Notes: generated by a model from the letters alone, not told the origin. Positions 30,807 to 40,191 are shown, counted from the first letter of the stretch. The stretch is 52,285 bases of DNA from a virus (IMGVR_UViG_3300009149_000045:1-52285); one strand, 5' to 3'. A program made the numbers and translations.

Positions 30807-32158
30807 AAGTTACGATCATTATACCACCAGAACCAATTTTAGATGAACCTTATAGCAATCAACCATTCGGTATTGTGCGTGTATATTCTTTGATGAAAGA
30901 GATAGTTGAAGAAGTTAATTTATTAGACTTAAGAGGTGAAAAGGATATAAAAAATATCAAGCTTGAACGTGCAGACGTTTTTATGTTCACTGCTGTATCA
31001 ATGGAAATAGGTGGTGTTAATCAGTTAGCTAAAATTATTAAAGAAAATTTTAATAGTTTGATAATTCTTGGTGGACCGCATATAAATTCTTTACACAAGA
31101 GTACTGTATGGCTTGAAAGTGATATTATAAAAAATCATCCAGATATTGATATATTTGCTATAGGTCAATATATGGATAAAGAATCACTAAAAGAAATGTT
31201 TTATGTATATGACTATGTTAAGGATTCTCCATTATTTTATAAATCTAAGTGTAAATCTTTTAATGTTGAAGATTTAGATTATAGCTGTTTAGAAAAGTAT
31301 GCATCTTCAAACGCTTCTATCATAAGAAAAGAAAATTTATCATTGATCGCTCAAAACACTATAACAGGGCTAGGGTGTGCGTTTAACTGCTCTTTTTGTG
31401 CAAACCCTCTAAGAACGATTCAAAGGGGCTCCCCAAAGCTTGTAATCAACCACTTGCAACTAATGGTTGACAAATATGGTATCGAAGCTTTTAAACTCAG
31501 CGACGATGATATATTACAGAATAGAAAGTGGATAGAAGAATTTTTAATTGAATTAAAAAAATCTAATTTGAAAACAAATTATTTGATTTCAACTAGACCA
31601 GATTTTATTAACAAGTCGTGGAAAATGGGGGTATTAGAAGAGTTTAGAGACCTTGGATTAATCAAGGTTGGAATAGGCGTGGAGAGTGCTGACAATAGAG
31701 TACTTTTAAATGTGAATAAACTTATAGATATTAATGAAATAAAATTATCTATTTTGTGCTTGCATTCGATTAGACTAGACGCATTATTATATACAATCTT
31801 CGGACTTATGCCGTTTGATAAGCTTGCAATAAATAATAATATAGAGTTCATAGATTGGTGTAAAAATATGAATGTTGAATCTGTAAATATGACACAATTA
31901 GTTCCACTTCCTGGCTGTGATATTTATGATAGATATTCAGAAGGATGCGGTTATAAAAATAATGTACGATATCCATATAATGATATATCTTGGGAAAAGT
32001 TCTGTTTCGTTGGGAATCATTTTAATAAACATATACACTGTTTGCCAGACAATGTAACAGAGGAAGAATATATAGAATATAGATTAAAGACTACTGATAA
32101 GCTAAAAGCTTGTGGTTTTATGCGGACTGAAATGCAAAAGGATGAAAATTTAAAATGA
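30794..32158 (+). CDS. Cobalamin-binding radical SAM enzyme
   Basis: N-terminal Rossmann-like B12 domain (PFGI, LLDL, IILGGPH); GCAFNCSFC, DDD, GIGVESAD.RVL..VNK, IFGL, PLPGCDIY. Confidence 0.9.
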   Translation: MLPIKVTIIIPPEPILDEPYSNQPFGIVRVYSLMKEIVEEVNLLDLRGEKDIKNIKLERADVFMFTAVSMEIGGVNQLAKIIKENFNSLIILGGPHINSLHKSTVWLESDIIKNHPDIDIFAIGQYMDKESLKEMFYVYDYVKDSPLFYKSKCKSFNVEDLDYSCLEKYASSNASIIRKENLSLIAQNTITGLGCAFNCSFCANPLRTIQRGSPKLVINHLQLMVDKYGIEAFKLSDDDILQNRKWIEEFLIELKKSNLKTNYLISTRPDFINKSWKMGVLEEFRDLGLIKVGIGVESADNRVLLNVNKLIDINEIKLSILCLHSIRLDALLYTIFGLMPFDKLAINNNIEFIDWCKNMNVESVNMTQLVPLPGCDIYDRYSEGCGYKNNVRYPYNDISWEKFCFVGNHFNKHIHCLPDNVTEEEYIEYRLKTTDKLKACGFMRTEMQKDENLK

Positions 32159-33810
32159 ATATTGGATGGGCTAGATTATCAATGTCAATAGAACTAGATT
32201 TTAATATCGCGAAATCTGGATTTAGTCAAGAACGATGTCCCATAATTAGAAATTTAATGAAGCGTGGACATAATATAACTCTATATACTCCAATAACAAA
32301 GAAAGAAGAAAAAAATATAGAAAGCATTAAAGCTGGTAACATCAGTGAATTGTGGGATAATAGTCACATATCAGATATTAGTTATGAGCCTACTGGATTA
32401 CCAGACATAAATTGTGATATTTTAATAGTGGAATCTGGTGCATTAAATTTTGGATTTTTTGATAAATTTAATGATACTCCACAAATACGAAGGATGTCTA
32501 ATATAATAGACGCTCATAAAGGTTTAGTAATACTGCTACAAAATGATCCTGATTTACCATTTCCATTTTATAAGCTTGCAGGTTGTGAAAGAGACTGGAA
32601 TCATGAGGAAAACCCATATAGGTTAGGCAGTGGTACGATAAAAGAATGCACAAATTTAGAAGATTATGGATGGGCAACTTACGATGAAATATTTAAAGAT
32701 AAAAAATGGATTGTCTTAACTAAATCAGCTAACGAAGAATTAGTTTGGGAAGCATTTGATACTTCGAGAGCAAGATTTAAAAGTTTTGATAATGAATTAA
32801 CTCTAAAATTTTTACCAACCCCACAAACAAGTGAATTCGTAAATAAATTTGAAGTATGCGAGAAACCAGAATATGATATATTCTGCCCAGGATACCCTAG
32901 AAATAGGGAAAAAAGTTTTGAATCATTATTTTTACAGTTTGTTAAATATTATAACTTAGTATCTTGCGGTTTATGGGGCAGGGCTAAGAATTTTGACTAT
33001 AAAACAGATTGCATAGAACTTGGAATGAAATGTTTAGGATTTATTGATAATTATTTAGATATGTATAAAGCAATAAATAATTCAAACACAGTTATCCATT
33101 TAGGAGTTGGTAAAACAAGAAAATTGGGATGGATAACAGGTAGATATATTGAAGGAATTTTTTGTAAATCAATAGCGTTTTATGATGATAATATGATCGG
33201 TTATGACAATTATATAGATTACAGATTTGGTGTTAATAAAGAAAACGCTTATGAAAAATATAAATGGATTAGTAAATTAACACATGATCAAAGAAGAAAA
33301 TTGTGGGCTTATCAATATGATCTTGTTAAAACATACACCATTGCGAATTTTGTAGATAATCTTGAAAAAATCTGGATTGAAACTGGTATAGATAACAAAG
33401 TAGATGAAGAAAAAATTAAAAAATATTCATACATATATAATGAAGAATTAGTAGATCACAATATAGAATATACTCAAGATGAAATTGACGGAATATTTAA
33501 TCTTCTGGGGCAGAAAGCAACTATCAAAAATAAGCGTATGATGAAAAAATTACTCAAGAAATTAAGGAAGCCAAAAATTGAAATAATCACTATGGTCGAA
33601 CCAGAAGTTGAACCAGAAGTACCAATAATAGAAGAAATAATGTCCGATATTAAAGTTCCTGCAGAATTAGCATTACCAGTAGAACAAAAGGATGAAATTC
33701 TAGTTAAGAAAGAAATACCAGCAGAAATTGAAGCAATCTTAACAAAATTAGGCATAGAGAAAAGAGATGGTCTTAAAATTTATATAAAAGAAACTTTTAT
33801 TTGTTATTGA
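32155..33810 (+). CDS. T4 beta-glucosyltransferase-like (GT-B) DNA glycosyltransferase
   Basis: Colinear similarity to T4 Bgt as recalled: DILIVESGALNF vs DRLIVVNSSINF; NDPDLPF vs TDIRLPF; DIFCPGYPRNRE vs DVIYGGSFRSGQRE; WITGRYIE vs FITLRVWE; RRKLWAYQYDLV vs RKEMLSIQHDIL. Confidence 0.75.
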   Translation: MNIGWARLSMSIELDFNIAKSGFSQERCPIIRNLMKRGHNITLYTPITKKEEKNIESIKAGNISELWDNSHISDISYEPTGLPDINCDILIVESGALNFGFFDKFNDTPQIRRMSNIIDAHKGLVILLQNDPDLPFPFYKLAGCERDWNHEENPYRLGSGTIKECTNLEDYGWATYDEIFKDKKWIVLTKSANEELVWEAFDTSRARFKSFDNELTLKFLPTPQTSEFVNKFEVCEKPEYDIFCPGYPRNREKSFESLFLQFVKYYNLVSCGLWGRAKNFDYKTDCIELGMKCLGFIDNYLDMYKAINNSNTVIHLGVGKTRKLGWITGRYIEGIFCKSIAFYDDNMIGYDNYIDYRFGVNKENAYEKYKWISKLTHDQRRKLWAYQYDLVKTYTIANFVDNLEKIWIETGIDNKVDEEKIKKYSYIYNEELVDHNIEYTQDEIDGIFNLLGQKATIKNKRMMKKLLKKLRKPKIEIITMVEPEVEPEVPIIEEIMSDIKVPAELALPVEQKDEILVKKEIPAEIEAILTKLGIEKRDGLKIYIKETFICY

Positions 33811-33823
33811 AAGTCTAGTTGTA

Positions 33824-33890
33824 CGTTATTATATAATATGTATTTGTACTTTGTGTGGTTTTCTGTTTTTTAGAACAAGGAGAAAGAGAA
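33824..33890 (+). promoter_or_regulatory. CGTTATTATATAAT promoter-like motif, U-rich leader and AAGGAG RBS
   Basis: Same architecture as 21701 and 35951. Confidence 0.5.
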
Positions 33891-34436
33891 ATGAGCGACA
33901 AGAAGGATAAGAAAGAGAAGAAAGAAGTAACGGCAGAGAAGGCAGAGAAGAAAGAGAAGACTGTAAAGGAAGTTAAGAAGCTTATCGTGAAGTCAAGTAA
34001 GGCTAATCCTAAGGAGCCCATTGATCCCAGGACTGGTACTCGGTTTGCTCCTGGCACCGCAAGGCAAGTTGCATTCGATATCATTTTTGATGCAGCTAAA
34101 AATGGAAAAGCAACTGGCGAGATTCGCGAAACCCTCAAGGCTAACAGAAAAGAAAATGGCAAGAAGTATAACCTTGATCAGGGATATTTGAATTTTGTCA
34201 TTGCCTCTCATCCAGAATTCTTTGAAGCTTACAGTGATGGTAAGATCAAAATAATTGGTAAGCCAACACCAGATCCAGAAGCCGCAAAGAAAATGGAAGA
34301 AGAATTAGCAGCTAGAAAGAAGAAGGCAACAGAAGCTCGCAATAAGCGTAAGGAAGCGAGTGAAGGCGGCGACGAAGCTAAGAATAAGGACAAGCCAAAG
34401 AAGAAAAAGAAAAAGGCTGTTGAAATAAAAGAGTAA
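33891..34436 (+). CDS. Lys/Glu-rich putative DNA-binding (nucleoid-like) protein
   Basis: Basic N- and C-terminal tails around a small folded core; strong RBS. Confidence 0.55.
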   Translation: MSDKKDKKEKKEVTAEKAEKKEKTVKEVKKLIVKSSKANPKEPIDPRTGTRFAPGTARQVAFDIIFDAAKNGKATGEIRETLKANRKENGKKYNLDQGYLNFVIASHPEFFEAYSDGKIKIIGKPTPDPEAAKKMEEELAARKKKATEARNKRKEASEGGDEAKNKDKPKKKKKKAVEIKE

Positions 34437-34446
34437 ACACATCTTA

Positions 34447-34483
34447 CTTTTTAGCTAGGGGAGGCTATCCCCTAGCTAAAAAG
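34447..34483. terminator. 16-bp perfect stem-loop (terminator or RNA-stabilising hairpin)
   Basis: CTTTTTAGCTAGGGGA-ggcta-TCCCCTAGCTAAAAAG. Confidence 0.65.
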
Positions 34484-34505
34484 GTTCATTAAAAAATTTT
34501 TTTTG

Positions 34506-34533
34506 TTGCATTACGCAACTTTTACCGTATTAT
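34506..34533 (+). promoter_or_regulatory. Sigma70-like promoter
   Basis: TTGCAT-N16-TATTAT upstream of sigma-like gene; the -35 sits in a GTTGC-N5-GCAAC palindrome. Confidence 0.45.
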
Positions 34534-34580
34534 ATATATATGGTAATTTTAAGAAACCATCCTATTGTGAAAGGAACAAA

Positions 34581-35237
34581 ATGGCTCAGTTGTATGATAA
34601 AGCAGTAGAGCGGGTTTGGAATAAGAATAAGAGTAAAATATTTATGTCAATAATAATGAAGCTTGCAAGGTCTTTTAATTTGAAAGATATGAATTTTGAA
34701 GAATTAACAAGTGAAATGATGTTTTTGTTTTTTACAAAGTTTGATGAATTTTACGAAAATGATAATCAATATTTAAGATTTATGTTTATACTGTTTAAGA
34801 ACAAAATGTGTGATCTTTATAAAAAAGAAAAAAGATATCACACATGTATACTTTCTGAAGATAGAATAAATTCTATTAATGTTGGATCAGAATATGGGGA
34901 TGAAGATACTAACGTTTTTACGAACTTTATAGATTTCTTTTCACATACCAATAGACGGACCATCGATAACACATTGAATACTGTAATAGAAAATGAGATA
35001 ATTAAATTGATGAATAAAGATTTAGAGAAAAAAGGAGAAGAATCTGTTAGTATTTTCAAACTGATGATAAAGGGTTACAGACAGATGGAAATATGTAAAG
35101 AATTGGACATTCACGCATCTAAAGTAAACACTATCAAAAGAAAGCATATATGGCCATTAGCAAAAAAGGTCTTAAACATATCAGATAAAGACTACGACTA
35201 TCTCATTTGCTCTGGGCGCATATTTGTAACCGCTTAA
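34581..35237 (+). CDS. RNA polymerase sigma-70-like factor
   Basis: Region 2-like FEELTSEMM...FKNKMCDLYKK; region 4 HTH IFKLMIKGYRQMEICKELDIHASKVNTIKRK; AAGGA RBS. Confidence 0.75.
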   Translation: MAQLYDKAVERVWNKNKSKIFMSIIMKLARSFNLKDMNFEELTSEMMFLFFTKFDEFYENDNQYLRFMFILFKNKMCDLYKKEKRYHTCILSEDRINSINVGSEYGDEDTNVFTNFIDFFSHTNRRTIDNTLNTVIENEIIKLMNKDLEKKGEESVSIFKLMIKGYRQMEICKELDIHASKVNTIKRKHIWPLAKKVLNISDKDYDYLICSGRIFVTA

Positions 35238-35283
35238 TACATTTACCTATAAAAATTAAAACTTTTGTCTAGGATGGCTTAAA

Positions 35284-35901
35284 ATGTGTCATAATAACTC
35301 ACTACATTTGAATTTTGATTTACCAATAGTGTATGAATGGAAAGAACCATATGCTTCAATCATAGATATAAATTCTATAGAAGAAGTGTGTGAATGGATA
35401 AGAAAATATTCAAAATACAGGCCAGATAAAGATGTATCTGATCCGTTGTATCGGGCAGTAATAGGATTTTATCAAATTGGAGATCTTATAAAATTATCAA
35501 AAAAGAAATCAGCATTATACAGTATGGAAGAAGTAAGTGAAGCAATAGCAAGTGTTATAATCCACACTTTGGCTTCTTGTGAAATGATAGGAATAGATTC
35601 GTCTTCTATCTTGATATGGCCAATGGGGGTTAATTCATTTTTAAAGTTCATCGATAAAAACACTGTAGATTCAAAATCTATATACGAAGATATATTATAC
35701 AGTGCAAGTCAATTTCAGCGACATATTCTATATTTTTGTATGAATAGAAAACATCGGTTCAATTCTGAGATTGTTAGACGTAGTTGTTCTAATCTTATTA
35801 ATCAATTGATATATGCTTTTAGGCATAGAAACTGGAATATAATAATAGGGCTATCACTCTGTATGTCTAAACTGCAGGATCAAGAACTGAATAATCATTA
35901 A
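35284..35901 (+). CDS. Degenerate MazG-like all-alpha NTP-pyrophosphatase fold protein (putative)
   Basis: QIGDLIK...EEVSEAIASVIIHTLASCEMIGID resembles the MazG EELADVL...LGID helix; apparent second copy in the C-half. Confidence 0.4.
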   Translation: MCHNNSLHLNFDLPIVYEWKEPYASIIDINSIEEVCEWIRKYSKYRPDKDVSDPLYRAVIGFYQIGDLIKLSKKKSALYSMEEVSEAIASVIIHTLASCEMIGIDSSSILIWPMGVNSFLKFIDKNTVDSKSIYEDILYSASQFQRHILYFCMNRKHRFNSEIVRRSCSNLINQLIYAFRHRNWNIIIGLSLCMSKLQDQELNNH

Positions 35902-36020
35902 AAGATTTTAAATATGGATCGCAGATAAATATTATGTGGCGTGGATAAATCGTTAATAGTATATATAATATATGTTTATTTTGTATTATTTTGTACCACT
36001 TCTTTGAAAGGAATAATATT

Positions 36021-36290
36021 ATGGCAGAACTAGCTAATCCAGCAACTTTTAAATATAGACCAGACCCAAGTCGTACAGATGAAGAAAATGCAAAAAGGAT
36101 TATAACATCTTTATCAAATTTATTAATTCGAAGCAGTGAATATATTGTTACATTGGAATTTCCTACAGATCAGACACTAGATCCAATAGAGATGAATGAT
36201 CTGATGCTGGCTGCGATTAAAACTCATGAAAAAATTATGGGTACACCAGAATTGAAAGAATTAATGGATGGTGATAATGATGAAGCTTAA
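36021..36290 (+). CDS. Hypothetical protein
   Basis: AAGGA RBS; CGTTA motif upstream at 35951. Confidence 0.6.
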   Translation: MAELANPATFKYRPDPSRTDEENAKRIITSLSNLLIRSSEYIVTLEFPTDQTLDPIEMNDLMLAAIKTHEKIMGTPELKELMDGDNDEA

Positions 36291-36771
36291 AGAAATCGTT
36301 GGTGTAAGGTTTATATCAGGACTTACATTTTATGCATTAGGTATGGTTGCCGGAATAATTATTTTTAACTATTTTATACAATATACCGAAGAAAAACACT
36401 CAAAGATCGGAAGCTATAAAACAGAATCTGGTACAGAAGTTGATATTGTAGTGGCAAAGAATAAAGATGGGCAGGTCTTATCTATTGAAGCTAAAAATAT
36501 AAGTATCCCATTCTTTGAAAATAATTATCGTTCGGCTATGATTACTTCAGACAGAGTTATATATAGTAATTCAAAACCAACATTATTGATGAATCCCATT
36601 GTGTATAAATATGAAAAGGACGGAAAAACGATAAAGGCTAAATTAAGCGGTGATTTTGGAGAAATAGTTCTAAACATAATCAACAAAGAATCACCACTAG
36701 ATTCGTTAAAAATATGGGGAAACACAAGCATAGAAGTATACAATCCTTTAACAGAAGAGATTAAAAAATGA
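36277..36771 (+). CDS. Membrane-anchored protein
   Basis: N-terminal TM helix FISGLTFYALGMVAGIIIFNYFI. Confidence 0.6.
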   Translation: MMKLKEIVGVRFISGLTFYALGMVAGIIIFNYFIQYTEEKHSKIGSYKTESGTEVDIVVAKNKDGQVLSIEAKNISIPFFENNYRSAMITSDRVIYSNSKPTLLMNPIVYKYEKDGKTIKAKLSGDFGEIVLNIINKESPLDSLKIWGNTSIEVYNPLTEEIKK

Positions 36772-37724
36772 AAAAGATAGCTGTGCTGGATGGGAATGGA
36801 ATATCGTATGGAATTTATCATCAATTTGCAACCAGTCCACAAGGTATCCTTAAGACCTCTGTTGGATTAAGCACAACAATATTATATGGAATGATTAGAG
36901 TACTAAATTCATTAACAGAAAAACAAAATTTTGATAAGTGTGTTGTTTGTTGGGATATGTATGGTTCGAAATACAGAAAAAAATTATGGTCTGGATACAA
37001 AGCAGAAAGAAAAACAAAAACTTCTCCATTTGACTTAAAAGATTATTATCAAGAACTAGATGATACAAGGTTATTCTTAGGTAAAATGGGAGTTTTGCAA
37101 GGAATGGCAAAATATGTAGAAGCTGATGATCTAATTGGTTGGTTGGCAGTAAAATTATCTAAAGAAGATAAAGTAGTAATCGTTTCAAATGATAAGGATT
37201 TCTTTCAAATTCCTAGAAAACGCATAAAGTTATATAGACCAATAAAAGATGAAGTGCTGTGTGAAGAAGATATTAAAGATATGTTTGAATTACCTAAATC
37301 TCGAGATTATGCTAAAATATTAGCGTTGGTCGGAGATAAAGATGAAGTCCCAGGTATTTTTAGATTAGGTCCAAAGACAGCCATAAAAATACTAAAAGAG
37401 TATGATTGGAATTTAACTAAGTTAGTTAATGAATATGAAAAAGTATTTGCAGTCGAAAGAGATGGAGATAAAAAATTATTAAAAGATATAGAACCATCTC
37501 GAAAAATAGCGTATAGACTTGCTAGAATAAGAACTAGAGACGCGATGTATTTAGGATGGGAAAGAAAACGTTTGTATTCCACTTGGCGTAGTATAAATAA
37601 TAAAAAAGAAATAGGCATTAGAGCTATTGTGCAATTATCAGAAATTTTAGAATTTAAGAGTATAAACTTATTATCAATCCTAAAAAGAATAGGGGTAAAT
37701 ATTAAGAAAAGGAAGAAAAAATGA
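36768..37724 (+). CDS. 5'-3' exonuclease / flap endonuclease (Pol I N-terminal type)
   Basis: VLDGN, YKAER, VEADDLIG, VSNDKDFFQ, LVGD..D.VPG...GPKTA. Confidence 0.93.
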   Translation: MKKIAVLDGNGISYGIYHQFATSPQGILKTSVGLSTTILYGMIRVLNSLTEKQNFDKCVVCWDMYGSKYRKKLWSGYKAERKTKTSPFDLKDYYQELDDTRLFLGKMGVLQGMAKYVEADDLIGWLAVKLSKEDKVVIVSNDKDFFQIPRKRIKLYRPIKDEVLCEEDIKDMFELPKSRDYAKILALVGDKDEVPGIFRLGPKTAIKILKEYDWNLTKLVNEYEKVFAVERDGDKKLLKDIEPSRKIAYRLARIRTRDAMYLGWERKRLYSTWRSINNKKEIGIRAIVQLSEILEFKSINLLSILKRIGVNIKKRKKK

Positions 37725-38473
37725 TTATATTAACGGGTGCGACTGGAAAACTTGGAAGTGCTTTATATAAGAATCTAAGAAGTTTTAATCGAAAAATCTT
37801 AACACCTTCAAGGCAAGAAATGAATTTGCAAGATGGAGATAGTATTAGTGATTATTTATATAATGTTGATAATTCTTTAAATGATAAGAGTAAAGTATCA
37901 GTTATCCACTGTGCAGCAATGATAGGAGCGAAAGCCTGCGAAGATGATAAAGATAAAGCTTATAATACGAACGTGTTAGGTACAAGAAACATTGCTCGTA
38001 TTTGTAGTTTTTTAGGATGGCATATGTATTATATAAGCACTGATTATGTATTTGATGGAAGAAAGGGAAATTATTCTGAAAATGATACCCCTAATCCTTT
38101 AACTTATTATTCTTTGACAAAATTGCTAGGAGAAGAATCCGTATTATCATTAAATAAAAAAGTTATAAGATTATCACATTTTCCAGATGTATGTAATTAT
38201 AAATCAGCATATGCTGATAAAATTACAAGTGCATTATTGACGACAGAAATGGCTTACTTATTAAGTGGGGTTATATATAAATTAGAAAAAGCCAATTTTG
38301 TGAAATTAGATATAAATAGAAGGCTTATACACATTGGAGGAAAACCTAAATCATTTTATGATCTTGCTAAGAAAAGTAGTTTAAACGTAGAAAAAGCTAA
38401 AGCGCCAGAAGGAACACCTATGGATACTTCTTTTAATTTATCAAAAATGCGTATGATATTAGGAGAAAAATAA
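37721..38473 (+). CDS. rmlD: dTDP-4-dehydrorhamnose reductase-like SDR
   Basis: TGATGKLG, IHCAA, YISTDYVFDG, PNPLTYYSLTKLLGE. Confidence 0.85.
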   Translation: MIILTGATGKLGSALYKNLRSFNRKILTPSRQEMNLQDGDSISDYLYNVDNSLNDKSKVSVIHCAAMIGAKACEDDKDKAYNTNVLGTRNIARICSFLGWHMYYISTDYVFDGRKGNYSENDTPNPLTYYSLTKLLGEESVLSLNKKVIRLSHFPDVCNYKSAYADKITSALLTTEMAYLLSGVIYKLEKANFVKLDINRRLIHIGGKPKSFYDLAKKSSLNVEKAKAPEGTPMDTSFNLSKMRMILGEK

Positions 38474-39060
38474 TGTATAAGTACATTGAAGATTTTAATG
38501 GCCTAAAACTTATTGAATACAAGATTTATTCTGATAATCGTGGTCACTTTGAAGAATTGTATAAAGCTTCTAAATACCATAAACTCCCCGAAATGTCACA
38601 ATGGAATCATTCATTTAGTAAAAAAGGGGTTTTTAGGGGTATGCATTTTCAATGGAATCCTTTTATGGGTAAGCTAGTAACTTGCCTAAGTGGTTCCATC
38701 TATGATGCAGTAATTGATATTAGAAAAGATTCTCCAACCTACGGAGATCATTGCCTAGTTTCTTTATGTGAAGAAGATGGAACCTCTTTATGGGTTCCAC
38801 CCGGATTTGCTCACGGATTTTTTGCTACAGAAGATTCTAACGTAATATATGGCTGTAGCGGTGAATATAATGGACACTGTGAAGCTGGGATAAGTTATAA
38901 AATAATATCGGAAACTTTGTTATCTTCTATAGATGTATTGTTCCATTGCGACTACGCTTGCGATGATTTTTTGATGACAGATAAAGATAGAAATGCACAA
39001 TCTTTGGAAGAGTGGGAAAAGAATCCTGATAGTAACGTATTTACTTATGAGGAGGTATAA
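38473..39060 (+). CDS. rmlC: dTDP-4-dehydrorhamnose 3,5-epimerase
   Basis: DNRGHF, RGMHFQW, KLVTC..G.IYDAVIDIRKDSPTYG, VPPGFAHGF. Confidence 0.93.
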   Translation: MYKYIEDFNGLKLIEYKIYSDNRGHFEELYKASKYHKLPEMSQWNHSFSKKGVFRGMHFQWNPFMGKLVTCLSGSIYDAVIDIRKDSPTYGDHCLVSLCEEDGTSLWVPPGFAHGFFATEDSNVIYGCSGEYNGHCEAGISYKIISETLLSSIDVLFHCDYACDDFLMTDKDRNAQSLEEWEKNPDSNVFTYEEV

Positions 39061-39061
39061 G

Positions 39062-39172
39062 ATGGCAGCTAAAAAGAAAAAGAAGAAGAACCAAGTTATT
39101 AAGGCTTTTGTATCTGATGAAAAAAAGAACGACGTTACAATTAAAAATCATCATAAAGGAAATAAGAAATGA
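39062..39172 (+). CDS. Small Lys-rich peptide (36 aa; not in ORF track)
   Basis: GAGGAGG RBS; MAAKKKKKKNQVIKAFVSDEKKNDVTIKNHHKGNKK; ATGA overlap with next gene. Confidence 0.55.
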   Translation: MAAKKKKKKNQVIKAFVSDEKKNDVTIKNHHKGNKK

Positions 39173-40191
39173 GTAATATAATAGTGACTGGCGGTTTTGG
39201 ATATGTTGGATCATTGGTCGTCGAGAAATTATACAATGATGGAATACTTCCACATGTAATTGATAAAGGGTTCTTTGGAATAGATTCTGTATATAAGTCT
39301 ATGTATCAAAACTACTTTAAGTCTTTTACAGAATATAAAGAAAAGTGTAATTTTTGCGAAGGTGATACAATTATACATCTTGGTGGATTAAGCAATGATC
39401 CGATGGCAGATTATAGTAAAGAAGCAAACACAAGATTTAATACTAACTTCACAAACGATATAGCAAGCTTATTCGGAGAATCTGGCGGAAAGCGTTTTAT
39501 TTATGCTTCTACTGCAAGTGTGTATGGATTTAACGATAACAAAGTAACAGAAGAAACTAAGGTTAATCCAAATTCTGCATATGCAAAAAGTAAATATGCC
39601 GCAGAACAAATATTACAAGAATTGTCTAAAAAACACGGATTTGAATTGATAATAATTAGAAAAGCTACGTGTATGGGATTAAGCCCTAGACCAAGATTTG
39701 ATCTAGTAGTAAACACAATGCTTGCGAATGCATATAAACATGATAAAATATATTTACATGCTGGTGGAGAGACTTGGAGACCATTAGTCCATGTAGCTGA
39801 TGCTGCGGAATGTTATAAATATTTCGCATTAAGTGAAAAGGAATTTAATGAACCTATGACTTTTAATTTAGTTCATAAAAATTACAGAGTTAGTGAATTA
39901 GGCTTGTATATTAAGGCCATGCTAAAAAGACAATTTGATAAAGATGTTGAAATAATTTCCGACTACGATGTAGGTGAGTGTAGAAGCTATATGATGGACG
40001 GAACAAAATTAAAAGATTTTGGATTTGAAACTAAGATTGGTGTGCTTAAAACAATAGGCGAAATTTGGAATGTACTTCAGGGTGGAATTAATCCAGATGA
40101 CCCAATTAATAGAAATATTGATTGGCTCTTAAATTGTGAGCGTGTTTGTAAGTGTATGGGCCATAAATTTGACTTGTTAGAACAGTATTAA
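39169..40191 (+). CDS. NAD-dependent nucleotide-sugar epimerase/dehydratase (extended SDR)
   Basis: TGGFGYVG, HLGGLSNDP, ASTASVYG, YAKSK, GLSPRPRFDLVVN, WRPLVHVADAA. Confidence 0.9.
   Translation: MSNIIVTGGFGYVGSLVVEKLYNDGILPHVIDKGFFGIDSVYKSMYQNYFKSFTEYKEKCNFCEGDTIIHLGGLSNDPMADYSKEANTRFNTNFTNDIASLFGESGGKRFIYASTASVYGFNDNKVTEETKVNPNSAYAKSKYAAEQILQELSKKHGFELIIIRKATCMGLSPRPRFDLVVNTMLANAYKHDKIYLHAGGETWRPLVHVADAAECYKYFALSEKEFNEPMTFNLVHKNYRVSELGLYIKAMLKRQFDKDVEIISDYDVGECRSYMMDGTKLKDFGFETKIGVLKTIGEIWNVLQGGINPDDPINRNIDWLLNCERVCKCMGHKFDLLEQY

Noticed and set aside
37721-40191. Bacterial O-antigen locus or host contamination
   Set aside because: Genes overlap phage replication genes, share their composition, and lack rmlA, rmlB, wzx and wzy
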